From NCBI GenBank assembly GCA_977030845.1, contig OZ365110.1, forward strand, positions 23,560,001-23,624,000: a DNA stretch of 64,000 bases, read 5' to 3'. The notes beneath the pieces are model-generated. The model was not told the DNA's origin, searched no databases, and saw only the letters and a list, made by a program, of their open reading frames with translations. Shown here piece after piece: positions 26,751-37,860 of the stretch (position 1 is its first letter; the number at the start of each line of letters is the position of its first letter). The stretch comes from Fimbriosthenelais zetlandica (Eukaryota). The translations under genes were made by a program, and so were the position numbers.

Positions 26751-29700
26751 AGTTTTCAAAATGTGATAGTAATGGGTAATAATTCCATATAGTTTTCATA
26801 TTAGAAAATATAATTATTTTTTGTGTGAAAACTCATAATATTCGTGGCATAATTGTCATTCGCAATCTGACGTTCTGATATAAAGCCTTGCTTGCAAATT
26901 ATCTCAGGAATTTGGCATTAACCAAATTGTTGTTGCAAGCATAATTATATTGCTGCATAGGCCTACCTTCTTCATATACCTTCTCACCGTTGGCTTCATT
27001 CACTCTAGGAGCATATTGGCCTATATAATGAGCAATATGTACAACACTTCCCCTTTGCGATACTGCTGAATATTCTTCCCAATGAAGCAATTAGGCACAC
27101 CTATCTGCAATTTTCCTAAGTAGATCAATATAATAATAAGATGTCATGAAAACAATACAACTGTGAAAGTAAGTAATTAGTTTCCAGGTTTTGCTATTGT
27201 CCACTTGCTTCTGCCTTTCACCCTGTGTCAGGAGCATTATAAGGATTAATGGGCTAATCACATTATTGCCTACGTCTGCATAAAGATTGCCCAACCAGCA
27301 TAATAGCATTAGCTTGCCTTGGTGCTAATGACCCATCAATGGAGGCAAGCTTGGCTATATAGCACATAATGTCTATATGCCACATAAAAATGAAAAGGTG
27401 AAAATTGCAGTTCAGTATGCTATAATAAATACACTATTAAGGGGGTTGTCTACTCCCAAGGACACATGGTATAGGTCTGGGGGCTAATTCAGCAATTTTC
27501 TAACGTCATTATCTCAGAATGCAAGGGGCAGAATGTCCTTGCATGGAAAGAATATTAGTTTAATCTTTAGGTACCGTTTCATAACAACACGAAAGCCCCA
27601 CTAATCAATGGCTCATAAAATAATGATCCATATTAGCCCATGCAGACATATTACTGGCTAACGTAGCTATTTTATCATGAAACAAACCCCAGAAACCACT
27701 GTTTCCAATATATTTTCCAATATATCTGCTGTCGTTTTGACTTATTTGCTCCTCAGGACTGGGAGATAGTATAGACCTCCATGGACGTTTTTGTCTGGTA
27801 ATGGGCAAAGTCATTAACCTTGTGATTATTGAAGGAAGAACCTATGTCACAGTAAATGCAGTCTGTTCACTTCTCAGACTGCCTATTATCTACGATTTAG
27901 TGCTTGGGAAAAAGGCTTGACCCTTAAATAAATCAAGAACACACTACTCACAAATGGGCATTATTAAATGCTGTTCATATATCTCTTCATGGTCGTTTAT
28001 TTTTTAAATAAATTTTTACGATTATTTTTAATTCGATTATTTAAAATATTTTGCTTTAAAGATTCAAGACCACTGGAAGATATCCTCTGACCGAAAGCCC
28101 GATTTCGACAAAATAATATTTGATCGTGTACAGCATTTGATAGCTCAAGAAAGCATTGTATTGGAGTAAATCAGATCCAGTAAACATCGCCGTGTTTACT
28201 ACATTAAATGTCACATGGATTTATCTTCAGTACCCTTTATATTATAGTTCCGTTGCACGCCAGTCTAGAATGGGATATAACAATCTTTTCCAAGTGTGTT
28301 TTTTCATTTACCGAGCAGCATTAATGAAAACAGGGATTTGACATTAATCAATAAAACTAAATGAATCAAGAGTAGATAGGCTATGAATAGTCATTCATAT
28401 CTCATGATGAATACTGTAATCAGAACCCCCAGCCACTCCTTTCAACACTCATCTATTTTCCAGGGCTCTCCAACTCTTAATTCTTTCTCAGCGACTCTCT
28501 TCCAGTATTCTCTGTTTCTCTTTCACATGTCCTTGGTCTCTCGATATCTGTCGCCATCTTCTTTTCCATCCGATGCCTTAGACCGAAATTTAATATGCAC
28601 TAGGAAAAGGTCATAGCTTGTTATTATCAGTGAATGGACATCTGAATGGCAAACGGTATGAACAGTGATTGAATGTAAATTGCAAAGGTTTGAATGTAAT
28701 CTGAAAAAGGTACAGGCTATATATGGGACCCAGTCTGCAGGCATGGAGTCCTGCCTTGGAGACCTTCTCAATTGTAGATCCTCCAGTTTGGTCGGTCATG
28801 CCAATGATACAGGATCGTGGTCCCATGGGCAGATGTCTGTACGTGGTATTAATACTTAACCAAGAACAATGCTTACATTTATTTACTTTCGTCTCAGCCT
28901 CTGCTCAATGAGACATAAACATTTTTCTCAAAATATGGCCGTTTTGGTACCACCCGACAGAGAATGTCCCTAATTTTTCCTCCGCGGAACTTTATTGTCG
29001 TATTTTATGAATTGGAATAGTTGCTTGTACTATGATACTCAGTTCCATGTTTGGGCATCAATGATGATCAAATTATTTCATCAATGAAAATTATGCGACA
29101 GTCTACCATTTATACCAATCTGAAATACTTTTGCATGATTGTGCACTCCCCTTCTCAAACATATTAATGTCTGTCGGAACAGGTAGAGGATAAAAACATG
29201 GTAGTTTGCGTGACATACTCGGTTTCGAACCATATGTTCCTTGTTAGAGATAATACTGAAATAATTCAGTATATTCTGGAAGGCTGTAAGCGCGAGATAA
29301 GAAAGAAGTTTGCTACGTGCATTGAATATATTTTACGTCTTTATTGTTCCGACTTGAGCCTGGTATGATTAGATAAGCTTCATTGTGGGTTCTGAAGTTA
29401 TGTCGTTCCTTTATATGGGCTACTGGCATATCACAGCAGCCAGAGACTTAGGTTCATGTTTATTTGCATTTCTTTCAAAGCCCTAAAATACCCAAGGGTG
29501 CACTGAAAGCTTTTTTTTTATCCAGCAAGGATAAGTACTTCCCTGCGCCTCAGGCTAGAAGAGGGGTACCCATTGAAAGATTGCTGCTTGGTAACAGTGC
29601 AAAAGAGATCATATATATTATATTGTTGGCAATCTAGGTCAATTTTTATGCACATGTTTACATCTAGCCGACAATAAGAACTAGTGATAGACATTAGCGA

Positions 29701-32700
29701 TTAGCAGAAATTTCAGTGACACTCATTATCTAATCTAATTCTATCTGATTCATTGCTCACAGTTCAATGCTATAATCTCTTCTGCGAATGGTGAAAGAGA
29801 GGGTCATTCACTGCTCGCGAGATGCCCAATGCACCAAGCAGTCTGGACCTGTTTTCATGCAGTAAAAACAACATCCGGATCGGTCTTTTCGTACAATTAT
29901 AATGGTCTATTCATGGGCATAGTTTCGAGAACGATCATAAATTATTTTTCCCGACGACACTGATATTTGTAATCTAGATTTGGAAAGTAAAGGATATAAA
30001 TTATAGACCTTTTAAATGGCCAATATTATACTCTACTTTCTACTCTCCTAACGTTCGAATGATCTAAGAATTAACTTACAGAATTCCTTTAAAAAAATCG
30101 CGGTTATATTTTAGTACGTATACCAGAAATGGAGAGGAGATGTATAATTATACAAGTACCGTGCGGAGCCCTTGATATGCATTATATTTTTTTCAATAGT
30201 GTTTCCCAACTTCCCTCAATCAGTTTCACTCTATATTTAGGCAAATTGCCAATTTCAAGAGCTTCATCTCTATCTGGGCAGTACGAGCCGGAAGGAGAAT
30301 TGAAGCACATTTTGATTTGATGCTTCATACTGAACTGATACAAAAGCCTATCTATGTATTAGAAAGTAGCCCTAGGCCAAACTAAAATGGGAATATTAAA
30401 AACTCATTTATTTTATTGCCAACAGGATATGGACATTTCAAAAGCAGAAAAGATGAGTTCATAAAAACGATCTATCGGTAAGGATTATATGAATTTTGGA
30501 ATTCGAGTAAACAGACCTCAGTTCATTTCCACAAAATGGCTCTTAAAATGTGTACGAATGGATTGATTATATTTATGTTCATCATTTAGTTGTCGCGTCA
30601 AATAATCTTGATATTCATTAACTATAGAAAAGGAGGAGGGAAAGTCAAAGGAACATGTGGGGAAGAAGCAGGAGCGGTCATGAACAGTTCTTAGCAACTG
30701 CAATCCCTTCTGGCCAGATGTGAGCCGAGTGCATTTTCTCATGACACTGAGCATTGTCTGGTTATAAATTTACATTTTATATATTATTATGAGGAGATGA
30801 GCCTCGAGGTCCCTTGTCCATGTGTTCTTTGATCAGTGGTCATGAACAGTTCATAATAATATTATTATTCACATCTGAGCAGATGAGTGACTAATAACCA
30901 GAAAACAAGCACTGGATCCAGAGGGGAAGAGAAAGGTGTTGGAGATCTATGCACATGCAATCTAATAACTCTCAGCAGAAGCTCATTAAATGATGGAGTT
31001 AACAATGGTTTCCTCTTTGGCTACTGTAACAGTGCTCAGTGACTTCTTTTGCAACAGGTCACTGTTTGGATAAACATTTATCCGATGGCTTAAAGGCAAG
31101 GAGACGAGAAGAAAATTGAGAAAGGCAGGAGCGGTCATGAGCAGTTTATAACAAAAATATTAATGTTTCATTATCAGTAATTGGTTAAGACAGATATTGG
31201 TAAAAGCTCAAAGGTCATGGCATAATGTCAGATTTCCTGCTGTTGGCCCTCCTTGATTTTCCCATGGTTGTTAACCCCAGCATCGCCCACTCCCTCGCGA
31301 GGCCAGAGAAAATTAATCATGGTATTCACACGAAGTAATTGATGACTTTCAGGAAAATAAACATAACCATTCTCAAGGTAACACTTTTATCATGAAACCG
31401 GTCCAATCTCCTTCAATGGGTGAAACATGCAATATAATTACCTGAAATCCACGATAAAATATTAAAACATTTAATACTTCGCTGATAGTTGTATTGAACC
31501 CAAGATTTATTCATAGTATAACCATGCAGGCGTGTTCTGCTGGAATCTAAATGAACAGCAAGTTATGACATCAAGATTTCCATTTTAAATTAGACTACAA
31601 AGATCTTGAAGGAACTTCTCCACCGAATGACCCTCATTGGACATCGGCTATATGTTCCAAAATTCATTCCGAGAGAAAGCAATTGAGAAAAGTGTGGAGC
31701 TCTTGTGGACTATTTCTGAAAATGTACCGTGAAGGGATAAGAGTTTTTGAGAAACAATACGTGGGTATTTTCCTTTGTTTGGCCTCATCTATAGGTGCTG
31801 GTGCCACGGAGTAGTGTTATCAGGGAAAACATGCGGCCCCAATCCAACTGTGTGTCGGCCTGTCTTCCCCCTCCATTCTGCTAAATCCTGCCTGTGAATG
31901 AGATATGGAGATCCCACGTACACACCTAATGGCACGGCTACCATTTGCACCCAGATTTGGCTGCTCTAGACCTGACCAACTATAACCTTATCTTCAGCAG
32001 GTTCATCTCATATAAATAGCCATGGTCACGAAAAACCATTTTTGTATTGTATTGTGAAAACATACTTGTTACTGTTAACCCAACAGTGTGAAAATCGATA
32101 GGAAGATCAGTTATTTATAACAGGTCATTGTTCCTTAGATACCCGTAAAATGAAAATGTCAGATTTGTCAAAGATTATTTTCATGTGATGTTAAAGGGAC
32201 GCTATGGCGGAGGCGCAAAAAGCAACACGAAGGCCTCTTTCATTTTGAGTTCAGTCTCGAGTTCAGATAGGTGTCGTAAAATTTATTGAAACGTCTAATT
32301 TCCGCTTTTCTACCTAACCACTATGAACCTGTTCATCTGTGCACGATATTTATAAGTTATTGGAAAAATACATGTTTTTGATATGTCGTAAAGTGTACAA
32401 TATTAGGTCGCATGGTGACCTACATATCGCGCCTAAGCACTGGCGGGAAATTGTGGCCAACCTTATTCCCTTTGATTCTCTTCAACCTTGATTAACAACC
32501 CGTGTGGTGTGACAAAAGTCTATATTATACATGATCATATGTCACCTTCCTGGCCTTTGCTTTCCCTAAATGTCTCATGTGATTGCGACATTTTAATCTT
32601 GACAATGAATGACAAATCAATGACAATGATTACACTGTTAGAATGAACTACATCAATGTCAGGTGATTTCACTTGGCGCGACCACAGCTTTTTATGAGCC

Positions 32701-33084
32701 ATTTACCGATGTCCGTTTTACCTCTGCCAATTAACATAAATGGCCGCCAATTATTTTTGAGGCAAGGGTATGCTAATGCCAAGTACCTATGTCATGTGTT
32801 TTTAATTGGCCACACCAATTAAATCTTAAATGGCCAAACCAATTATAGGATTAGGGAGAGCCTCTTTTCACTTGGCTATACCAATTATATTATAAATGGC
32901 GGTACCAATTATAGGATTAGGTGGGCCTGGGCCATTTAGTTTTGAAATATTTATATTATTAATTTTGTGGTTAAATATGGTTGCAAATAATTTACCACTA
33001 ATTATAAAATTAAATAAACGCACATATGAAATATTATGAACAACTTTTATTCGATAATCCCTCGAATATATATACAAAAATCTA

Positions 33085-33720
33085 ATGCATTATCACAATG
33101 GAAATCATGATAATAATCAAAATAATCCATCAAAAAATAACAATGGAATCTATGTATGGAATAATTAAAGCGTTATCACATAATGCAAACAAGCCTAATC
33201 AAAATAGACATGGATGACAAATGGACACAATTGTACCAAAATGTTGATACTTTCATCGACACACAATATTAAATATCTCACAAATCTAAATATATAAAAA
33301 AATGTAAGCATTATCACAGAATGGTTAAATAATCATCATGAATGGTAAATGTACACAGGTGCACCCAAGATTCTGAAACTTTCGTCACAAGAAAATATTA
33401 AATATCTCACAAATCTAAATATAAAATAAGTAAAGTATTACTACAAAATAAACATAATTAACATGGATGGTGAATACCGCAAAATATACAATAATTGATG
33501 GCCTGATCGAGAGAGCTAAGTAAAAAATATCAAAAATTTCTAATATCTCTAAAACATGTTTACACAAAAACTTAAGGCATTGTCACAGGATGAGAAGTAG
33601 CCTAATCATGGATGATAAATGTACACAGATGTACCCCAGATTGTGATAGTTCCATCCTCACACTAAAATATTATTACCACTGAAATATAAATATACAGTA
33701 ATTTAAAGTATTCCTAATTT
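33085..33720. repeat. Degenerate ~130-bp tandem array (about 4-5 units)
   Basis: AATATTAAATATCTCACAAATCTAAATAT is exact at 33265 and 33394 (period 129). TAAATGTACACAG occurs at 33346 and 33616, and GCATT(A/G)TCACA recurs. Confidence 0.75.
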
Positions 33721-35036
33721 AGGAACGGTGGGTAGACGAGATGTGATTAGATGGCTTAAATTCAGACATAGAGGGATATAATGGGTTCCCTTTTTTAAGC
33801 ATGTTTCAGAAGGTCTCATGATGAGAAATTAGTCCATTATCCTGCGTCATTTTCCTTGAAATGAATTAACCGCGTCAAATCAGCACTTTTTAGACAGTGC
33901 CATTGTGTTGAATGTCATTTGTTCACATAATTTATATACAATTGCATTCCAATATTCCATTGAAATTGTGCATACCGTGTGTCTCTTTTTAAACAGATCT
34001 GTGTCTCATGTCCTCATGCACAATATGTCTCCAACGATTTTAAGGTTGTGTTGAGGTGCCAATCGCGTCGAATTTTAGCCATTTACATATCCATACATAC
34101 GGTATTCCAATAGCATGTGTTACATGGCGACTTGATGTATTCCAGATTTGGTCAGCCTCATTTCAAATGATTTGTGTGGGATGAATTCTTTCCTTTACAT
34201 GAGGACTCTGTAAAGACAATAAACGAGGTGTTATAACACAATATATTAATCTTAATAAAAAAGGTTCAGAACTTTGGGAATAATAATGATTAATATGTCT
34301 TATCAATATAATGTTGGTCAATGAATCATTAGCAAATATATACTAACCTGTAACCGCTGTAATGTGTGTCAGTGCCTTCTTGATGAGTGATGCCCATTGA
34401 ATTGACATCACACTTTGGATACCATCGAAACATACGTACCGTTAATCTGAATTAAAATAATAAAAATAAGAACACAAGTGTAAGTAATTTGTCTGGAAAG
34501 TCGCCTTACTAATTCATATATATTCATAACATTTTTACAAAAATGGACTATGGATGGATATGGATTTAACAGTAAGCATTTTCCCCTCACACCTTACACG
34601 GAAAGCCTCACCTCCAAAATGGGTGGGGGTTAACATATGGTAACAGGTGGTATCGTGACCTAATTATTCACCAATACTTATTAACACCTTTTTACATACT
34701 TCAAAAGTACCTTTGATGACCTCAAATAAATGTGAACATTATTAAAGGTAAGAAATTCCCCAGAATTACCAACAAAACAAACAGTGAAGTTCTTGCTAAG
34801 CGGTTTACTCAATCCATTTCCACATAGGTAAATTCACAACTGTTTTAAAGAAGTCAAAACAAACAACTTACCATGTTATGTGCAGTCATCAAGAAGAATA
34901 TTCATACCACTTATGTACATTCCTTGCAACTTCTCTTGAGGCTGGAACATATAACAGGTCGATATTGAAATATGTATGAAATGGGGCTATAAATTAAAAG
35001 TGAGAAAGCTTAAATTGATACATTGATGCCGCGAGT

Positions 35037-35163
35037 TTAAGGGGATAAAGGGACGCCCTTGACCAGTAGGTTTACGGGGTCTGGTCAGCCATATAGCCGG
35101 CTGTCTGTCGGGCATCATGGCCGGCCTTCGCCCTGTCTGGTCAATCGGAATTCAACCCCCCTT
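35037..35163. mobile_element. GC-rich MITE-like insert in intron 1 of the minus-strand transcript
   Basis: Ends AAGGGG/CCCCTT and inner IR TTGACCAG (35059) / CTGGTCAA (35137). It forms a sharp GC-rich island in AT-rich sequence. Confidence 0.4.
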
Positions 35164-35329
35164 GGACAATAATCCCTCATTACTTGCCATCAAATGTAGA
35201 TATTTTATCAAGGTACTTTATGGACATGTGGTCACAAATAAAGTAAATATTCTTTTAAACTTACCTGTTATGACGAATGAGTTTTGCATTGAAGTAGGCA
35301 TGATATCATGCTGTAACTGTTCGATTTCG

Positions 35330-35520
35330 AAAATGGCCGTTCGAAGCGCCGAGGTGAATAAAGGTTAAATTATAGTTTTAGCGACATTAAACACACGGAA
35401 CATCTTTGCAGATACTCAATTTTCTCGGGTTTAAAGGCAATATTTAATTTTGTATAACACCCGTGTATGATCATTATATTTTAAAGGGAAATCATTTTTC
35501 TGTAGGCTTAGCCAATAGAC
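35330..35520 (-). promoter_or_regulatory. Candidate promoter of the minus-strand transcript
   Basis: Local CpG patch, YY1-like AAAATGGCCG (35330-35339), TATAAT-like element near 35370 on the minus strand, and CCAAT at 35512-35516. No good acceptor precedes exon 1. Confidence 0.35.
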
Positions 35521-36502
35521 GACCAGGACTCAATATTTGGTGCGGAGCTAATATCATGGTGTCATATTAATCGCTCCTCCAATCTTTGTCTTGTTTCACC
35601 CGTATCATTAGTGTAACTAATCATAAATTTCGATTTAATTAAAGGAGTAATTGATTCTATAAATCCATTGCACTGGTTAAACGACATTTTATGGACAGTA
35701 AAATACTTATTACTCAAAATTATTGGAAGATATTGGCCGTGATAACCTAAAGCTTAACCCCAAATTCGCACATTACGGGCGACCCATATTTCGCCCCACA
35801 CCTAGCTATATCCTCTATTCTATAGTCATGTTAATATATATTTCGCACATCATTCACACACCCAAAAGTGTGAATCAATGTAATTGACTATGCTTTTCAC
35901 ATCTAAAACTGGGCTTGTGGGACTTGGTCATCAGTTGTGAACTCAGCCCACACTAGCTGTAATCTCCTATGCGGGGTGAGGCCGGCAGGTGGGGGGCGGG
36001 GGGGGTGGGCTTATGCTAATGAGGTAGGGTAGCATTCATAGCCTGAGGTTTGTTTGAATTAATTGAAGGCCAAGTATTCAAGGAAATGCCATTGAATTTC
36101 AATTGACATAAGTGTAATTTTAAATGGCCGAAATTGGGCTAAGAGATGCGCCCCGAGAACAATAGAATTTCACTTGGCTAAATTAGGTATGTGAATTCTA
36201 CGTGACATTGCGTGTTTTTAAATGGCGGTCACTTAGTTTTAACAGGTTTTCTAACAGTGTAGGCCTGCTAGCAGGTCTCTTAAAGACAGACTCATTCGTA
36301 CTTGATGTAATTATTCCTATCTAAACTCATTGGATTAATTTAGACTCCCTTTACCATTCACTGTTCATTATGTCCTATTTGCATCCAATCAATTACACCT
36401 TTAACCTGTTCCTCTCTGAATCAGATTCCTTTAATTAATGTTCCTTCACTAGATTTTGACCAATGGTCGAGTAATACAAATATTTTTCTTCTCGTTTTTC
36501 AG

Positions 36503-36527
36503 GCCGGATATTCCAATGTTGCCAGGG
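36503..36527 (+). other. Candidate 25-nt micro-exon B
   Basis: Strong acceptor (tatttttcttctcgtttttcAG) and consensus donor GGG|GTAAGT 25 nt apart. Confidence 0.6.
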
Positions 36528-37569
36528 GTAAGTAATCTTATACATTGTCCTTGCACTGCATAGGCTGTTTTCGTATATATGTCATATAATAATATGAACT
36601 ATTGGGTGTAAGCAAGAAAATCGGCCTAATGGATATAGATCACTTTATGATTGTGCCTCTCCAATCCTAACATCTCCCTCAAAAATGACAAACGTGTAAT
36701 CTGCCTGAAATTGTCAGCATAATGGTCCTTATGTACATAGTACGTAAAACAGACTTTGAAAAGGAAGGTCATAGACCTAAATCTTCAATTCTAAAACTAA
36801 ACTATTTTCAGTATAAATAGGATGATTTTTTTTTCAATTAGACTATGCACGCAATATTAAATTAAAAATCATGCAATTTCTCCAGAAATGGAGCAGCATA
36901 TAGCTAATGATTGACTTAAAAAAATAGAGGGTGAGGGTTAAATTGGGGTTGGGTGTCTGTGGATGAGCACTCGGATTGGTCTTTCTTTAATTATTACTTT
37001 TCTCATATCTGTACATTCTGAGCAAATGGAACAAGGCTACCTTCATGAAATGAACAAATCAAAATTTGTTCCTATAAATAATCCTAGTCAAACAAAGACG
37101 CATTATTTTGTCATTCAGTGATTAATGAATGTGGCGAGGGCATTTTCTTCCCTGATGGGAGTACAGTAAGGTTGATCTGAGATTCAGGACAGGCGGCCTT
37201 ATCAATAAAATGATTGATAAGTTCATTAAAATCAGGTATATTCCATCAGTCACGGGGAGACCACTGTCAGCTCATCTGTCTCTTCTCTCTGTTAATGGAT
37301 GCCATGTACTGATTGCCTTCCTCTGATTGACATGCATGTAGGCTCTGCTATCTCCCCATGTATAGTGTGATGTGCTCCTCAACTCTGACCCCCAAAACAT
37401 TGAGGGAATACAAAAACATCATGAGTGAAAGCACTGCAATTATGTACATGTAGTCCAATTATTCAGAGGGTAAAGCAACCAAATATTTCATATACATTAC
37501 ACATTTACTGATCTTTGACCTCTTCATGAACTTTACCCTTCCCAGCAGCTATGGAGTCTCAGGCCTAGA

Positions 37570-37860
37570 ACATATATCCAGGGTTCCCACTAATGTTCAT
37601 GTTCTTCCTGGGGGTTCATGCTTTTCTAAAATTTCGATTTCAAAAGTTTCAAAAGAAATAGTTACTCTCCCTGACTGGTGGATCCGCCTGAATTGATCAT
37701 GTAATAGTGACAGCCTGGCCGTCGCTATCCCCTGACAAATCCTAAAGTCCAGTTTTCCATTTTCCCAAAGCCAGCTGCGGCTAATCCTTGACTCCGCCTG
37801 AGGGCTCCACGTACAGACCATCTTTATTCAGCTGCCGCTGCAGGGTCAGAGATGAGGAGT
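37570..37860 (-). pseudogene. Possible Penelope-like GIY-YIG endonuclease relic
   Basis: Translation ...LSLLHDQFRRIHQ...FETFEIEILEKH resembles the S.L..HF...H....F.I.ILE segment. The similarity is weak and judged by eye. Confidence 0.22.

Larger units (their letters stand above)
33030..35360 (-). ncRNA. Putative spliced multi-exon non-coding transcript (antisense to the receptor locus)
   Basis: Minus-strand exon chain: E1 ~35360-35265 (CAG|GTAAGT); E2 34941-34872 (tgttccAG; ATG|GTAAGT); E3 34446-34348 (ttattttaattcAG; CAG|GTTAGT); E4 34207-33976 (ttgtctttacAG; ACG|GTATGC); E5 from 33679 (tatttatatttcAG) to an AATAAA at 33051-33046. The longest ORF I found across E1-E4 is 32 aa. Both ends are approximate. 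Confidence 0.55.

Noticed and set aside
29219-29234. B-box-like GGTTCGAAACC (tRNA or SINE)
   Set aside because: No A box at a suitable distance and no cloverleaf.
35075-35130. C/D-box snoRNA in intron 1 of the antisense transcript
   Set aside because: ATGATG and CTGA are under 30 nt apart and the C box is imperfect. The segment is better explained as a MITE-like insert. The other introns lack boxes.
36230-36300. snRNA gene (U7-like CAGGTTTTCT) downstream of octamer/PSE-like motifs
   Set aside because: No Sm site (AATTTGTCTAG) and no recognisable 5' end of any snRNA. The resemblance is only a few bases.
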